Assembly: GCA_964555455.1 (NCBI GenBank)
Contig: CAZKSU010000001.1
Location: 1-43,840 of the forward strand
Origin: an uncultured Carnobacteriaceae bacterium
GTDB lineage: Bacteria > Bacillota > Bacilli > Lactobacillales > Carnobacteriaceae_A
Length of the DNA stretch: 43,840 nt
Reading direction: 5' to 3'
The first letter of the stretch is position 1. Each line of letters opens with the position of its first letter. Made by a program: the position numbers and the translations under genes. Below are positions 30,197 to 40,005 of the stretch, piece after piece. The notes beneath the pieces were generated by a model. The model searched no databases. It was not told where the DNA came from and worked only from the letters and a program-made list of their open reading frames with translations.

Positions 30197-30242
30197 GAAA
30201 TGCTAATGAAATAACCAAAACCCAATCTTAAATTGCAAAAAT

Positions 30243-30285
30243 AAACCTCCAACTGCGAATGATTTAGTTCCTGTTGGAGGTTTTT
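30243..30285 (+). terminator. Terminator after ppaC
   Basis: aaacctccaac/gttggaggttt stem followed by T residues. Confidence 0.75.
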
Positions 30286-30438
30286 ATGTATCGATGAGAG
30301 AAACTCAAGGATTCTTTTAACGAAAATAAGAGTGTTTTATGACACATAAAAATTAGGGTTTTTCAAAGATTAAAAACTAATAAAATTGTGGTATCATAAT
30401 ATAGGAGAAAGTCACACATAGAAATGGAGATTGTAAAT

Positions 30439-32016
30439 ATGGAACTATTAGTTATTGCGTTTATATTAATCCTAGCCTTAATTGCTATCAGAATTTCTGA
30501 TCGGCTGGGAATCCCGTCCCTTTTGCTTTTCTTGTTACTCGGGGTATCATTTAATTTTATGGGAATAGAGTTTAATAACTTTGATATTGCTGATCAGTTT
30601 GCTGCACTTGCCTTACTCTTTATTATTTTTTATGGAGGGTTTGGCACCAATTGGAATATGGCTAAGCCAGTTGCTAAAGAAGCCATCACTTTAAGTTTCT
30701 TAGGGACTGTTGTTACTGCTCTTCTGACCGGTTTTTTTGTTTATTTCTTTCTTGGTTTTGAACTCATTGAAGCACTCTTATTAGGCTCAATTGTTGGATC
30801 TACAGATTATGCGAGCGTAGCTTCTATTCTCCAATCCCGCAATTTAAATCTAAAATACAGCACAGCTTCTTTATTGGAATTAGAAAGTGGGTCCAATGAC
30901 CCAACAGCTTTTACAATGGTAACAGTTTTTCTCACCATTTTATTGGGAGAATCCGTGTCTATTCCTTTATTGGTTTTAACGCAAGTCGGCTTTGGTATAG
31001 CTATGGGTTTTTTATTAGGTTTTGTCCTGATCAAATTGTTAGAAATGATCCGATTTGGAGAAGGTTATGTTACTATCCTTATTCTCGCATTTACATTAAT
31101 AACCTATGCATTGACTAACCAAATAGGCGGAAATGGCTATTTGGCTGCTTACATTTTTGGGATTTATATAGGGAATAATGAATTTGTAGGCAAAAGAGAA
31201 GTTGTTTTCTTTAATGACAGTTTGACAAATGTGATGCAGATTGGTTTATTCTTTGTATTGGGGCTATTATCAAATCCTCAATCCATCATTGAGATGATGC
31301 CGATATCAATTATCATCATGCTTTTTATGACAATTGTTGCTCGACCAGTGAGTGTCTACGGGCTGATGGCTCCTTTCAAATTAAAAGGGAATCAAATGGG
31401 TGTCATATCTGTTGCAGGGTTGCGTGGTGCAGCAGCCATCGCATTTGCAATCGTGGTAATGAGTGCACAGCCGCCGCTCGCAAACGATCTTTTCCATATC
31501 GTTTTTGACATTTGTTTATTATCCTCACTTATCCAAGGCACCTTGCTGCCCATAGCATCTGAGAAATTTGATATGTTAGATCCTACAGATACGGTCTTAC
31601 GCACATTTAACCAGTACCAAGATAAAAGTGAAATTGGGTTTTTCCAAACGACTATTCAAAAAGATAGTGATTTGGTAGGAAATCTAGTCAGTGATTTAAA
31701 TCTTGAATTTGATTTTATTGTAGCAAAAATTATCCGAGACGGAGAGTCCGTCATTCCAAGAGGACATGTGCAACTTGAAGAAAACGATACGGTTATTCTC
31801 TGCGGAGAACAATACTTTGACGAAAGCGGAGAAGACCTTACTGAATTTACAATTGGGCCGCTCCACTCTTGGCTCGGTAAGGACTTAAACTCACTTGATG
31901 TTCCGGCTGATTATTTAGTAGTCGTTATACAGCGGGCGGATGGGACGATCATACTGCCACAGGGAGATACAAAAATAAAATTAAATGACACAGTGGTGTC
32001 ATTCGCCGGCAAATAA
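30439..32016 (+). CDS. K+/H+ antiporter (CPA1, NhaP2/CvrA-like) with two C-terminal RCK_C domains
   Basis: GIPSLLLF, FYGGFGTNW, STD.ASV, LLELESGSNDP, GLRGAA and two IP.G...L..ND RCK_C repeats. Confidence 0.88.
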   Translation: MELLVIAFILILALIAIRISDRLGIPSLLLFLLLGVSFNFMGIEFNNFDIADQFAALALLFIIFYGGFGTNWNMAKPVAKEAITLSFLGTVVTALLTGFFVYFFLGFELIEALLLGSIVGSTDYASVASILQSRNLNLKYSTASLLELESGSNDPTAFTMVTVFLTILLGESVSIPLLVLTQVGFGIAMGFLLGFVLIKLLEMIRFGEGYVTILILAFTLITYALTNQIGGNGYLAAYIFGIYIGNNEFVGKREVVFFNDSLTNVMQIGLFFVLGLLSNPQSIIEMMPISIIIMLFMTIVARPVSVYGLMAPFKLKGNQMGVISVAGLRGAAAIAFAIVVMSAQPPLANDLFHIVFDICLLSSLIQGTLLPIASEKFDMLDPTDTVLRTFNQYQDKSEIGFFQTTIQKDSDLVGNLVSDLNLEFDFIVAKIIRDGESVIPRGHVQLEENDTVILCGEQYFDESGEDLTEFTIGPLHSWLGKDLNSLDVPADYLVVVIQRADGTIILPQGDTKIKLNDTVVSFAGK

Positions 32017-32052
32017 TTCACCTGAATAAAGAGCTATAAAAATTTGCAATCT

Positions 32053-32096
32053 AAAAAGCTAAGAAACGAGTTGTTGACTCATTTCTTAGCTTTTTT
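32053..32096. terminator. Bidirectional terminator between the antiporter and Mn-catalase
   Basis: aaaaagctaagaaa.gagt/actc.tttcttagcttttt inverted repeat. Confidence 0.8.
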
Positions 32097-32117
32097 GCAT
32101 AATCAGGAAATGAAGAA

Positions 32118-32996
32118 CTATTCTTCCGGCTGATTGTCTTTCGACATGTTTTCAATTATTTTGCGTCCTTCTTCAACAACTTTTTGTCCTTGTGTATTAC
32201 GTACTTCTTCAGGTCCTCTGGGAGCGGTTTGATCGCCTCCGTTTTGATGCGGTTTTGATTCGTATTCAAATGGTACACCATCTTTAGCTGTTTTGCCGTC
32301 GACCACTGCTTTAGAATCTTCACCTTCTGAAAAGTTATATAAAGTGTGGGCGAATTCAGTATGCTGTAAATCATCCGTCCCGTGAGGCACAACCGGGCCA
32401 TACTTCTCTTCGAGTTCTTCAACAGCTTGCGCAAATTGCATTTGATGTTGTGTTTCTCGCGCCATTAAATAACTCAGCATATCTCGGATTCCTTTGTCTT
32501 CGGTCATATGGTATAAACGCGTAACTTGCAAACGGCCAATCGATTCACGAGTCAAATTGAAGCGCATGTCTGCGATTAAATTACCGGTCGAGGCCATGTA
32601 AGCTGCTGTCCAGGGATTTCCATTAGGGTCATTCAGATGAGAGCCCAAGCCGTTTTTAATGGCGTGATTCGGATCCATACCGCCCATTACAGCCCCTAAG
32701 GCCGGATCTGCACTGTCATAAATGTTTTCTTGCACATTCATCGGCGCATCTTGCAATAAGTGGGCAATCATCGTTGCGAGCATCTCGATATGGCCAATTT
32801 CTTCTGTAGCAGTATCTAAGAGTAAATCTTTATAGTCATCATGTCCTACAGAATTCCAAGCTTGGAAAAAATAAGAGGTCATACCTGTCATTTCTCCCCA
32901 CTGCCCTCCAAGGAGTTCTTGTAATCGTCTAGCCATTACTGGGTCTGGTTTGCTCGGTTTTGCATTATACAGTAAGCCTTTTTTACGAATAAACAT
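32118..32996 (-). CDS. Manganese (non-heme) catalase
   Basis: PDP..A..LQE.LGGQWGE, EEIGHIEML, G.PW.A.Y, GNL.AD.R.N and ARETQHQ ferritin-like motifs. Confidence 0.92.
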   Translation of the reverse strand: MFIRKKGLLYNAKPSKPDPVMARRLQELLGGQWGEMTGMTSYFFQAWNSVGHDDYKDLLLDTATEEIGHIEMLATMIAHLLQDAPMNVQENIYDSADPALGAVMGGMDPNHAIKNGLGSHLNDPNGNPWTAAYMASTGNLIADMRFNLTRESIGRLQVTRLYHMTEDKGIRDMLSYLMARETQHQMQFAQAVEELEEKYGPVVPHGTDDLQHTEFAHTLYNFSEGEDSKAVVDGKTAKDGVPFEYESKPHQNGGDQTAPRGPEEVRNTQGQKVVEEGRKIIENMSKDNQPEE

Positions 32997-33038
32997 TTTA
33001 TTACTCCTTTTTTGTATTTTTGTTCTAATAACAATTAG

Positions 33039-33082
33039 AATTTACCACCGAAAGGGCAAGAAACACAAGGAAAACGCTCTCT
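33039..33082 (-). promoter_or_regulatory. Mn-catalase promoter with a CRE-like box abutting the -35
   Basis: Minus strand reads AGAGAGCGTTTTCC-TTGTGT-18 nt-TAAATT, with a TG extension on the -10. Confidence 0.45.
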
Positions 33083-33208
33083 AAAGAGATTAGTTTAGTT
33101 TATATCGTGACTTATACACCTACCATTACAGCAACAGTCCCTGCTTATTTAGCTCTATCTTATTGCTTTGCCGAACACGCTCCAAATCATTCACTTATTC
33201 TTTCAAAT

Positions 33209-33261
33209 AAAAAACTCTTCTCAACCTCAAGATGTCACAATCTGAAGTCAAGAAGAGCTTT
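33209..33261 (-). terminator. Terminator of the AEC transporter gene
   Basis: Minus strand ctcttct...agaagag long stem followed by a T run. Confidence 0.7.
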
Positions 33262-33273
33262 TGAATGCTGCTT

Positions 33274-34188
33274 TTAAAATAAAGCCATCGCTGCAGCGAT
33301 TAAGAAGGGCATTGTAATCATTGAGAAAATACTGCTTAAAATAACGAGACGCGCCCCGTACTCATAGTCGCCTCCGTAAATCTGAGAGAATACTGCTGTA
33401 TTGACTGCTGTCGGCGTACAATTCACAATAGCCAGTGTAAGAAGGATGGTCGGATCAGAAATCGGCAATAGCCACAATGCTACAAACCCTAAAACAGGGG
33501 TAATAATCAGTCGATGAGAAATTACCCAATAATTACGCCAAGTAAAAAACACTTCTTTGAAACGGCTCCGCGCTAAATAGCCTCCAAGTAAGATGATGCC
33601 GAGCGGTGAGCTCAGGCCGGCAATTTTATCTAAACTGCTAAACAGCACTGGCGGCAGTTCAATTTGAAATAAGTACAAAATAAGACCCGTTGCCGTGCCG
33701 AGTATCCCAGGATTTAGAAAGGCGCTTCTAAAGGTAATCTTTTCTTTACCTTCGGATAGACTCCAAATCCCGTAAGTATACTGGAGGGTGCCTGAGACGA
33801 TGATATACATCGACAGGTATAAAATCCCTTCGTAGCCAAGGATGGGGAAAATAATAGGAATCGCTACGAAAACAGAGTTTGAAAAAATCGTCGAATACCG
33901 ATCAATTATTCCAGCATCACGAAACCCAAAATGTCCCCACAAAATGCGGACGACAAATATACATACCGCACCTATAAAAGCCCATACCAGTCCAATCAGC
34001 TGATTGGGATCAAAGGGCTGCTGGAAAGCTAACACAAGGGTTAAGGGCACAATAAACTTCGTTAGCATCTGTGCAATTTCCTCTTGCGTGGCTTCCGTTA
34101 AAACCCCTTTTCTGGCTAGCATAAAACCAAAAAGGACGACAATAAACATTTCAAGCAGCTGTTCGACAATAATACTTAAGATTTCCAT
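33274..34188 (-). CDS. AEC (auxin efflux carrier/malate permease) family transporter
   Basis: About 10 TM helices, FSN..F..IP, NP.I, PLG...LG and P.AVN......YGGD motifs; ATG at 34188 after aaagga. Confidence 0.85.
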   Translation of the reverse strand: MEILSIIVEQLLEMFIVVLFGFMLARKGVLTEATQEEIAQMLTKFIVPLTLVLAFQQPFDPNQLIGLVWAFIGAVCIFVVRILWGHFGFRDAGIIDRYSTIFSNSVFVAIPIIFPILGYEGILYLSMYIIVSGTLQYTYGIWSLSEGKEKITFRSAFLNPGILGTATGLILYLFQIELPPVLFSSLDKIAGLSSPLGIILLGGYLARSRFKEVFFTWRNYWVISHRLIITPVLGFVALWLLPISDPTILLTLAIVNCTPTAVNTAVFSQIYGGDYEYGARLVILSSIFSMITMPFLIAAAMALF

Positions 34189-34354
34189 ATACTGAATTTC
34201 CTTTCTACTAATAACTCTACTAGTATACGAAATTTTAAGTTTTTTCACAAACCATCTTTTCATAGAAAGAGAAAGAACTTAGATAAACTCGACCGCTTTT
34301 AGACGGGTGAGCGATTTGGCTTTGTACTTATCTGTTTATAGGTTACTAATTGCC

Positions 34355-34494
34355 TTGACTTTATTTACTAAACCGCTAAAATAAAAGAAGTTGAATTATT
34401 TTATTGTATTTTTGTCACCGGACAAAAATAGCTGGATACTTTTTTCTTTTGCCTAGGTCTTCGTAGCGAAAGAAAGAGGTATCTTTTTATTTTT
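34355..34494 (+). promoter_or_regulatory. MATE promoter and structured attenuator-like leader
   Basis: TTGACT-16 nt-TAAAAT; hairpin tatttttgtc-accg-gacaaaaata; 18-bp stem 34435-34483 plus T tract directly before the aggagg RBS. Confidence 0.6.
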
Positions 34495-34508
34495 AGGAGG
34501 AACATGAG

Positions 34509-35849
34509 ATGAAAACAAATGAAGGAATTGAACAACCGATCAGAACATTATTTTTTCAATACACGTCTTTAGGAATCTTAAGTATGATCGGCACTTCTTT
34601 ATTTATTTTAGCGGACACATTTTTTATCGCAAACGGAGTAGGGGCAGAGGGACTTGCAGCATTAAATATTGTGTTGCCGATGGTTAATCTCTTTAATGGT
34701 TTAGGGTGGATGTTTGGAGTAGGGGGAGCGACTTTATTTTCGATTGAAAAAGCTCGGAATCATTTTAAAGAAGGAAAAGCGATTTTTACTTTAACAACAG
34801 TTTTAGCTGTAGTAACCGCTTTAGTATTTACATTCCTGACGCTCTCTTTTACAGAGCCGATTTTACAATTCCTTGGAGCAAAAACAGATATCTACTCTTT
34901 ATCAGATAGCTATTATAATATTATTATTCGTTTTTCTCATTTTTTTATTATAAAAAACATGTTGATTACCTTTTTAAGAAATGATAACAGTCCGAGACTG
35001 GCCATGATTGCTTTATTAGCCGGCGGTGTTACAAACATTATTTTAGACTATATATTTATTTTTCCGCTGGATATGGGGATGAGAGGAGCTGCTCTCGCCA
35101 CAGCAGCATCGCCTGTAGTCTCTATGCTGGTTTCATCCTTGCACTTAAGGAATTCCGACCGGCAGCTTTCTTTTACCGCCTTTGAAAAACAAGGCAAGAA
35201 AATAGCTAAGATTTTTTATATAGGGTTTCCTTCATTCTTAAATGAATTCTCTTCAGCCGTGGTCATGTTTTTATTTAATATTGTCTTGCTTCAACTTGTA
35301 GGCAATATCGGAGTAGCTGCTTACGGCATCATCGCCAATATGAATATTATTGCGATTGCCATTTTTACAGGAATGGGCCAAGGTTTTCAGCCATTAGTGA
35401 GTCAGTATTTTGGTGGAAACCGACGAGAAGACGTCAAAAGTCTATTAAAGTATGTACTGACTACAGCTGCCATTCTTGGGATCGGGATTTTCAGCACTGG
35501 CATATTATTTCCTGATACGATTGTCGCATTTTTTAATCATGAACAAAATCAACAATTGGCTGATTTGGCCATCCCTGGTTTAAGACTCTACTTTTCTTCT
35601 TTCTTATTTACGGGTTTAAATTTTGCTGTAATCTATTTTATGTCTGCTATCGGTCGTTCAAGAGCCTCGCTGATTATCTCTTTATTAAGAGGCCTCATTT
35701 TAATTGTGCCTGTATTATTCCTCTTATCTCACTGTTTGGGAACAACCGGTGTTTGGATGACTATGGCCGTCGTTGAAGGTTTTACATTCATCGCCTCTTT
35801 CTATGCCTTGTATATTTACAGAAAAAACCGTGGCGCTCAATCAAAATAA
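34509..35849 (+). CDS. MATE family efflux transporter (MepA-like)
   Basis: DTFFIA..VG..GLAALNI, RND..P.LAM, NIILDY.FIFP..MG..GAA.AT and QG.QPLVS; about 12 TM helices. Confidence 0.9.
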   Translation: MKTNEGIEQPIRTLFFQYTSLGILSMIGTSLFILADTFFIANGVGAEGLAALNIVLPMVNLFNGLGWMFGVGGATLFSIEKARNHFKEGKAIFTLTTVLAVVTALVFTFLTLSFTEPILQFLGAKTDIYSLSDSYYNIIIRFSHFFIIKNMLITFLRNDNSPRLAMIALLAGGVTNIILDYIFIFPLDMGMRGAALATAASPVVSMLVSSLHLRNSDRQLSFTAFEKQGKKIAKIFYIGFPSFLNEFSSAVVMFLFNIVLLQLVGNIGVAAYGIIANMNIIAIAIFTGMGQGFQPLVSQYFGGNRREDVKSLLKYVLTTAAILGIGIFSTGILFPDTIVAFFNHEQNQQLADLAIPGLRLYFSSFLFTGLNFAVIYFMSAIGRSRASLIISLLRGLILIVPVLFLLSHCLGTTGVWMTMAVVEGFTFIASFYALYIYRKNRGAQSK

Positions 35850-35919
35850 GCGGAACACTACCGTAAAGGAAGGGCAATTTGTGGTATAATTGACCAAGCA
35901 AATCAACAAGGAGGAAAAG

Positions 35920-36261
35920 ATGAGCAAATTACCTGATTGTACAAATTGTGGAAGCGACCTGACTTACACGGATGGTACTTTATTTATTTGCCCAATGTGT
36001 GCGCATGAATGGACACAAGCGGAACACGAGACGGCGATTGAAGCTGCAATCGTCCGAGATGCCAATGGCAATAAACTCGCAGACGGAGATACAGTAACTG
36101 TCATACAAGACATTAAATTGTCCGGCAAATCCCGCATCAAACAGGGAACAAAGGCAAAGAAACTGACGCTGTTAGATCAGCCTGTAAATGACCATGATAT
36201 TGAAGTCTCAATTGATGGAATGGGCCGGATGTATCTAAAGTCGTTTTTAGTAAAAAAATAG
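35920..36261 (+). CDS. PhnA/YjdM-family zinc-ribbon protein
   Basis: LP.C..C.S..TY.DG....CP.CAHEW and VRDANG..L.DGD.V..I.D.K motifs; TGgTATAAT promoter at 35882-35890. Confidence 0.9.
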   Translation: MSKLPDCTNCGSDLTYTDGTLFICPMCAHEWTQAEHETAIEAAIVRDANGNKLADGDTVTVIQDIKLSGKSRIKQGTKAKKLTLLDQPVNDHDIEVSIDGMGRMYLKSFLVKK

Positions 36262-36265
36262 AAAG

Positions 36266-36310
36266 AAAAAACATTCAACAGATGCTCTCGCATGGTTGAA
36301 TGTTTTTTTT
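36266..36310. terminator. Bidirectional terminator; probable end of the lysC-dapB-membrane protein transcript
   Basis: aaaaaacattcaac/gttgaatgtttttt inverted repeat between convergent stop codons. Confidence 0.8.
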
Positions 36311-36317
36311 ATAGCCT

Positions 36318-37328
36318 TTAAAAGGAAAATTTTTCTGATAACAAAAGAAAAGATTGCTGCAAAAATTGAAAAACAATTTTTAATCCATTTGAGCTATAGT
36401 AGGAAACAAGACATAAGAAACCTAGTTTCCCGCCAATACCATCTAATACGTGGAAAGAGGGAACAAACAGAATAGAAGTAATCAAGGCCACAACGAGTAA
36501 ATGGAAATAGCCGTCCAGCCGTTCCTCAATCGACATCCCCACAATTGTTCCTGTGAACATCGCCGTTGTAATGGTCGAGTATTCAGCGGGTATAAGTAGG
36601 GTAAAAATCAAAGAAGTAACCATCGCAGCTTTCACTACCGATAAGATCTGATAGTGATGCAGCAGATACGTGATAAAAGTGACTACAGCAATTGTAAGAA
36701 AAGAGGGGATAATAACGTCTTGTTCGATAGGTGTACGTTGCTCTGTGTTTAAGTTGAGGATTAAGCGAACCGTCAAAATGGTAGCGGTGTAAGGAATTGA
36801 GCCTCCTCGGCCTCCAACCCCCAGAAAATAAGGTTTAAACAAAAGATACACTAAGCCAGTCATAATGCCGACTAAAAAAGCAATCGACCAGTGACTTGAA
36901 AGGTAGGCGCCGATCATTCCACCGCACGAGCCGCTATAGGCTTCAGGCTGGTAGTTTGGAATCGCATAAGCCGACAGCACACACACTAAACTCGCCGCAA
37001 AAATAGTGGACGTGTCAAAATACAAAGCGACTAAATAGGTCAGCATGACATTTCCTAACACAACAAGGAAGGATTTCACTAAATCGAACCATTGATAGTC
37101 AGCAGAGGAGAGCTTAATCTGTCTGACAAATTTAAATTCGTCCCGCAAACCGATAAACGTGCAAGCGCTTAAAATAATGACAATGAAAACCCAAAGCGTG
37201 TTCGGTGAATACAGACTGCTTTGAATCGTATTCCACAAGAATTGTGCAGCAAAAATGAGGCTTGCTGCACTAATGATATAAGGTGTGATTCTTGTGATTT
37301 TTTTCAATAGTGTTTCTCTCATGTTCAC
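36318..37328 (-). CDS. Uncharacterised polytopic membrane protein with an internal two-fold repeat
   Basis: Roughly 10-12 hydrophobic segments; repeat 1 has AYSGSCGGM...GVGGRGG and repeat 2 has AMFTGTIVGM...GIGGKLG; 33 bp downstream of dapB. Confidence 0.75.
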   Translation of the reverse strand: MNMRETLLKKITRITPYIISAASLIFAAQFLWNTIQSSLYSPNTLWVFIVIILSACTFIGLRDEFKFVRQIKLSSADYQWFDLVKSFLVVLGNVMLTYLVALYFDTSTIFAASLVCVLSAYAIPNYQPEAYSGSCGGMIGAYLSSHWSIAFLVGIMTGLVYLLFKPYFLGVGGRGGSIPYTATILTVRLILNLNTEQRTPIEQDVIIPSFLTIAVVTFITYLLHHYQILSVVKAAMVTSLIFTLLIPAEYSTITTAMFTGTIVGMSIEERLDGYFHLLVVALITSILFVPSFHVLDGIGGKLGFLCLVSYYSSNGLKIVFQFLQQSFLLLSEKFSF

Positions 37329-37361
37329 TCATCCTATTTTCCGTCACCAATAAGCAAACGT

Positions 37362-38090
37362 TTATAGATTGTCAAATGTGTAAAAGCCGTTTTCTTTTTC
37401 AAGAAGCTTTGGCGCTACAGTTAATGCCCCATTTGCAAAGATATCTTTTGATTGTGCCCGGTGACTGATTGTAATTTCTTCGTCTAAGCCAGCGAATAAT
37501 ACATCATGTTCACCTACTATTGTACCACCACGTAGGGCTGAAATGCCAATTTCTTGGGGTTTTCTCTTGGTTGTCTTCTCATGGCGGTCGTAAATCGGCT
37601 CTGCATCTCTTCTCGAGTCCACGGCTTGGATAGTGTCCAGCAACAGATTTAAAGTGCCGCTTGGGGCATCCACTTTTTGGTTATGGTGTTTTTCAAGCAA
37701 TTCGATATCGTAGCCTTCCAAGAGTTCAGTGGCCAGCGCCACTACTTTTGTCAAGACATGAACGCCATAGCTCATATTGGGACTGAAGAAAATCGGCTGA
37801 TGCTCCGCTTTTCTTTGCGCTTGTTCAATAATCTCTTCTTTGCGTCCAGTTGTCGCAATAATGATAGGGAGAGTCACTTCATCCGTTTCCAGCATTTCCA
37901 GCGTCAATTCCGGATGAGAGAAATCGATGATGACATCCGCCTCGGGCAGATCTGTAAAGTCATGAGAAATCGGGTAAGGAGCCGAATGTTCTTTTGGAAT
38001 AACGACTCCTGCGATCTCATCGCCGCGTTCTTCCGCTAAGGCAGCGACTCTTTTCCCCATGGCACCATAACCCACTAAAATGATTTTCAT
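37362..38090 (-). CDS. dapB: 4-hydroxy-tetrahydrodipicolinate reductase
   Basis: [37 protein letters not shown] and FA.GA. Confidence 0.96.
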   Translation of the reverse strand: MKIILVGYGAMGKRVAALAEERGDEIAGVVIPKEHSAPYPISHDFTDLPEADVIIDFSHPELTLEMLETDEVTLPIIIATTGRKEEIIEQAQRKAEHQPIFFSPNMSYGVHVLTKVVALATELLEGYDIELLEKHHNQKVDAPSGTLNLLLDTIQAVDSRRDAEPIYDRHEKTTKRKPQEIGISALRGGTIVGEHDVLFAGLDEEITISHRAQSKDIFANGALTVAPKLLEKENGFYTFDNL

Positions 38091-38983
38091 GAAAGCACCG
38101 CTCCTTCTTTTTTGACTGTTTCATAGGCTTGTACAAGTTCAGCCACCCGGTCTTCACCTAAAGGGTAAAGAGGAAGACGCACATGGTATTCGCCAAAACC
38201 TAAATGACTGACAACGGCCTTAATCGATAAAGGATTTAGATCTTTTCCGATTTCATCTGAAAACTTAAAGAGCGCTTTGCCTAAATCAGCCGCACCTCTC
38301 GGATCGGTTAAACTTAACTCGTACAGTTTTTGGTGTTCGGCAGGGATGACATTTCCGACGACCGAAATTAACCCATGGCCGCCGCTGGCGTAAAACGGCA
38401 GAGCAGTGTCGTCATTTCCGCTGTAAAATGCAAAGTTTTCATCCACCAAGTTCATCGTTCGTGTCAGGTGAGGTAAATCGCCGGTCGCGTCTTTCAAGCC
38501 CACAATATTTTTATGTTTAGATAACTCCGCCACCGTTTCAGGCGTTAAAGTCATTCCGGTGCGGGCAGGTACATCGTACAGAATCATTGGAATGTCTACC
38601 GCATCCGCAATGGCAGTGAAATGATGGATGGCGCCTTCCTGGCTGGTTTTATTATAGTAGGGGGTGATGACTAACAGTCCATCGACACCCAACTTTTGCG
38701 CAGCGATTGACATCTGAATCGCTTCGCTTGTGATATTCGATCCCGTTCCTGCAATCACTGGCAAGTCGTTATCGGCCACCTCCAGAGAGATTTCAAACAG
38801 CCGGGTATATTCTTCGGCTGTTAAAGTCGTTCCTTCTCCTGTTGTTCCGTTAATGATAAAGCCTTGCGTATTATTTTCTTTTAAAAAAACTAAGTGCTTT
38901 CTAAAGTTTTCATAATCGACTTCGCCGGAAGCCAACATAGGAGTGGTCACTGCTACTGCAACACCTTCAAACATTAAACTCAT
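38087..38983 (-). CDS. dapA: 4-hydroxy-tetrahydrodipicolinate synthase
   Basis: NGTTGE, AGTGSN, TPYYNK, LYDVP.RTG, GLKDA (Schiff-base Lys) and SGNDD; 4-bp overlap with dapB. Confidence 0.96.
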   Translation of the reverse strand: MSLMFEGVAVAVTTPMLASGEVDYENFRKHLVFLKENNTQGFIINGTTGEGTTLTAEEYTRLFEISLEVADNDLPVIAGTGSNITSEAIQMSIAAQKLGVDGLLVITPYYNKTSQEGAIHHFTAIADAVDIPMILYDVPARTGMTLTPETVAELSKHKNIVGLKDATGDLPHLTRTMNLVDENFAFYSGNDDTALPFYASGGHGLISVVGNVIPAEHQKLYELSLTDPRGAADLGKALFKFSDEIGKDLNPLSIKAVVSHLGFGEYHVRLPLYPLGEDRVAELVQAYETVKKEGAVLS

Positions 38984-39012
38984 GTGTATTCACCTTTCTT
39001 TTATTTTTCGAT

Positions 39013-39990
39013 TTATCTATTCAACAAGGACTCTAAAATTTGGACAGCGTTTAACGCCGCGCCTTTTAAGATATTATCGCTGACTGACCAGACATGGTAC
39101 GTATTTTCTAAACTCTCATCTTTACGGATACGGCCCACATAAATACTTTCTTGATCGGCTGCGTCCAGGGGAGTCGGATATTCTAATTTTTCTGGATTAT
39201 CTTTTAAGACGATTCCCGGTTTGTTTTTAAAGACCTCTCGGACTTCTTCAACGGTCGGGTTCTTTTCAAATGTCACATTGATGGCGATCGAATGGGAGGA
39301 TTTGACGGGCACACGCACACAGGTTGCAGTCACCGGCAGATCCGGCATTCCCAGGATTTTACGCGTTTCATCAATCATTTTTTGTTCTTCTTTTGTGTAG
39401 CCATTCTCTAAAAAGTCATCAATATGCGGGAGCACATTATCGTAGATAGGGTACGGATAATTCAATGGCTCCTCGCCGCGTTCGCCGCGTTCCAAATCTT
39501 CAATTCCAGCCCAGCCCGAACCTGAAACAGACTGATAGGTGGTATAAGCCACACGTTTCAAGCCAAAAGCATCTTGCAGGAGCTTTAAAGGAGAGACGGA
39601 TTGAATGGTGGAACAGTTTGGATTTGCGATAATTTTACGATTCAGCGACGGCTGATTGACCTCTGGCACAATCAAGTCAATTTCCGGATCCATTCGCCAA
39701 GCGCTTGAGTTGTCAATGACGATTGCTCCATGTTTTTCGAAAACAGGAGAGAAGCGCTGACTGATGCTGCCGCCAGCCGACATCAAGACATAATCAAAGC
39801 CTTCTTTTGCTACTTCTTCTGTCAATTCGCGCACGACCAGAGTTTCCCCTTTGAAGTCAATTTCTTTTCCTTTTGACCGGGCAGAGGCGAGCAGCACCAC
39901 CTCATCAATTGCCAAGTCTTTTTCTTCCAATAATTTGAGTAATGTTGAGCCCACTAATCCAGTGGCACCTACTACAGCTATTTTTGTCAT
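39013..39990 (-). CDS. asd: Aspartate-semialdehyde dehydrogenase
   Basis: VGATGLVG, IDNSSAWRM, ANPNCST, TYQSVSGSG, TATCVRVPV and DNILKGAALNAVQ; ATG at 39990. Confidence 0.97.
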   Translation of the reverse strand: MTKIAVVGATGLVGSTLLKLLEEKDLAIDEVVLLASARSKGKEIDFKGETLVVRELTEEVAKEGFDYVLMSAGGSISQRFSPVFEKHGAIVIDNSSAWRMDPEIDLIVPEVNQPSLNRKIIANPNCSTIQSVSPLKLLQDAFGLKRVAYTTYQSVSGSGWAGIEDLERGERGEEPLNYPYPIYDNVLPHIDDFLENGYTKEEQKMIDETRKILGMPDLPVTATCVRVPVKSSHSIAINVTFEKNPTVEEVREVFKNKPGIVLKDNPEKLEYPTPLDAADQESIYVGRIRKDESLENTYHVWSVSDNILKGAALNAVQILESLLNR

Positions 39991-40005
39991 ATTATACAAC
40001 CCTTT

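Noticed and set aside
33041-33064. Sigma-B-like GTTT-N14-GGTAAA upstream of Mn-catalase
   Set aside because: Poor match to GGGWAW; an extended -10 sigma-A reading fits the same bases better
33129-33195. 22-codon GTG ORF on the minus strand between the AEC terminator and the catalase promoter
   Set aside because: Weak RBS, no promoter and no recognisable similarity
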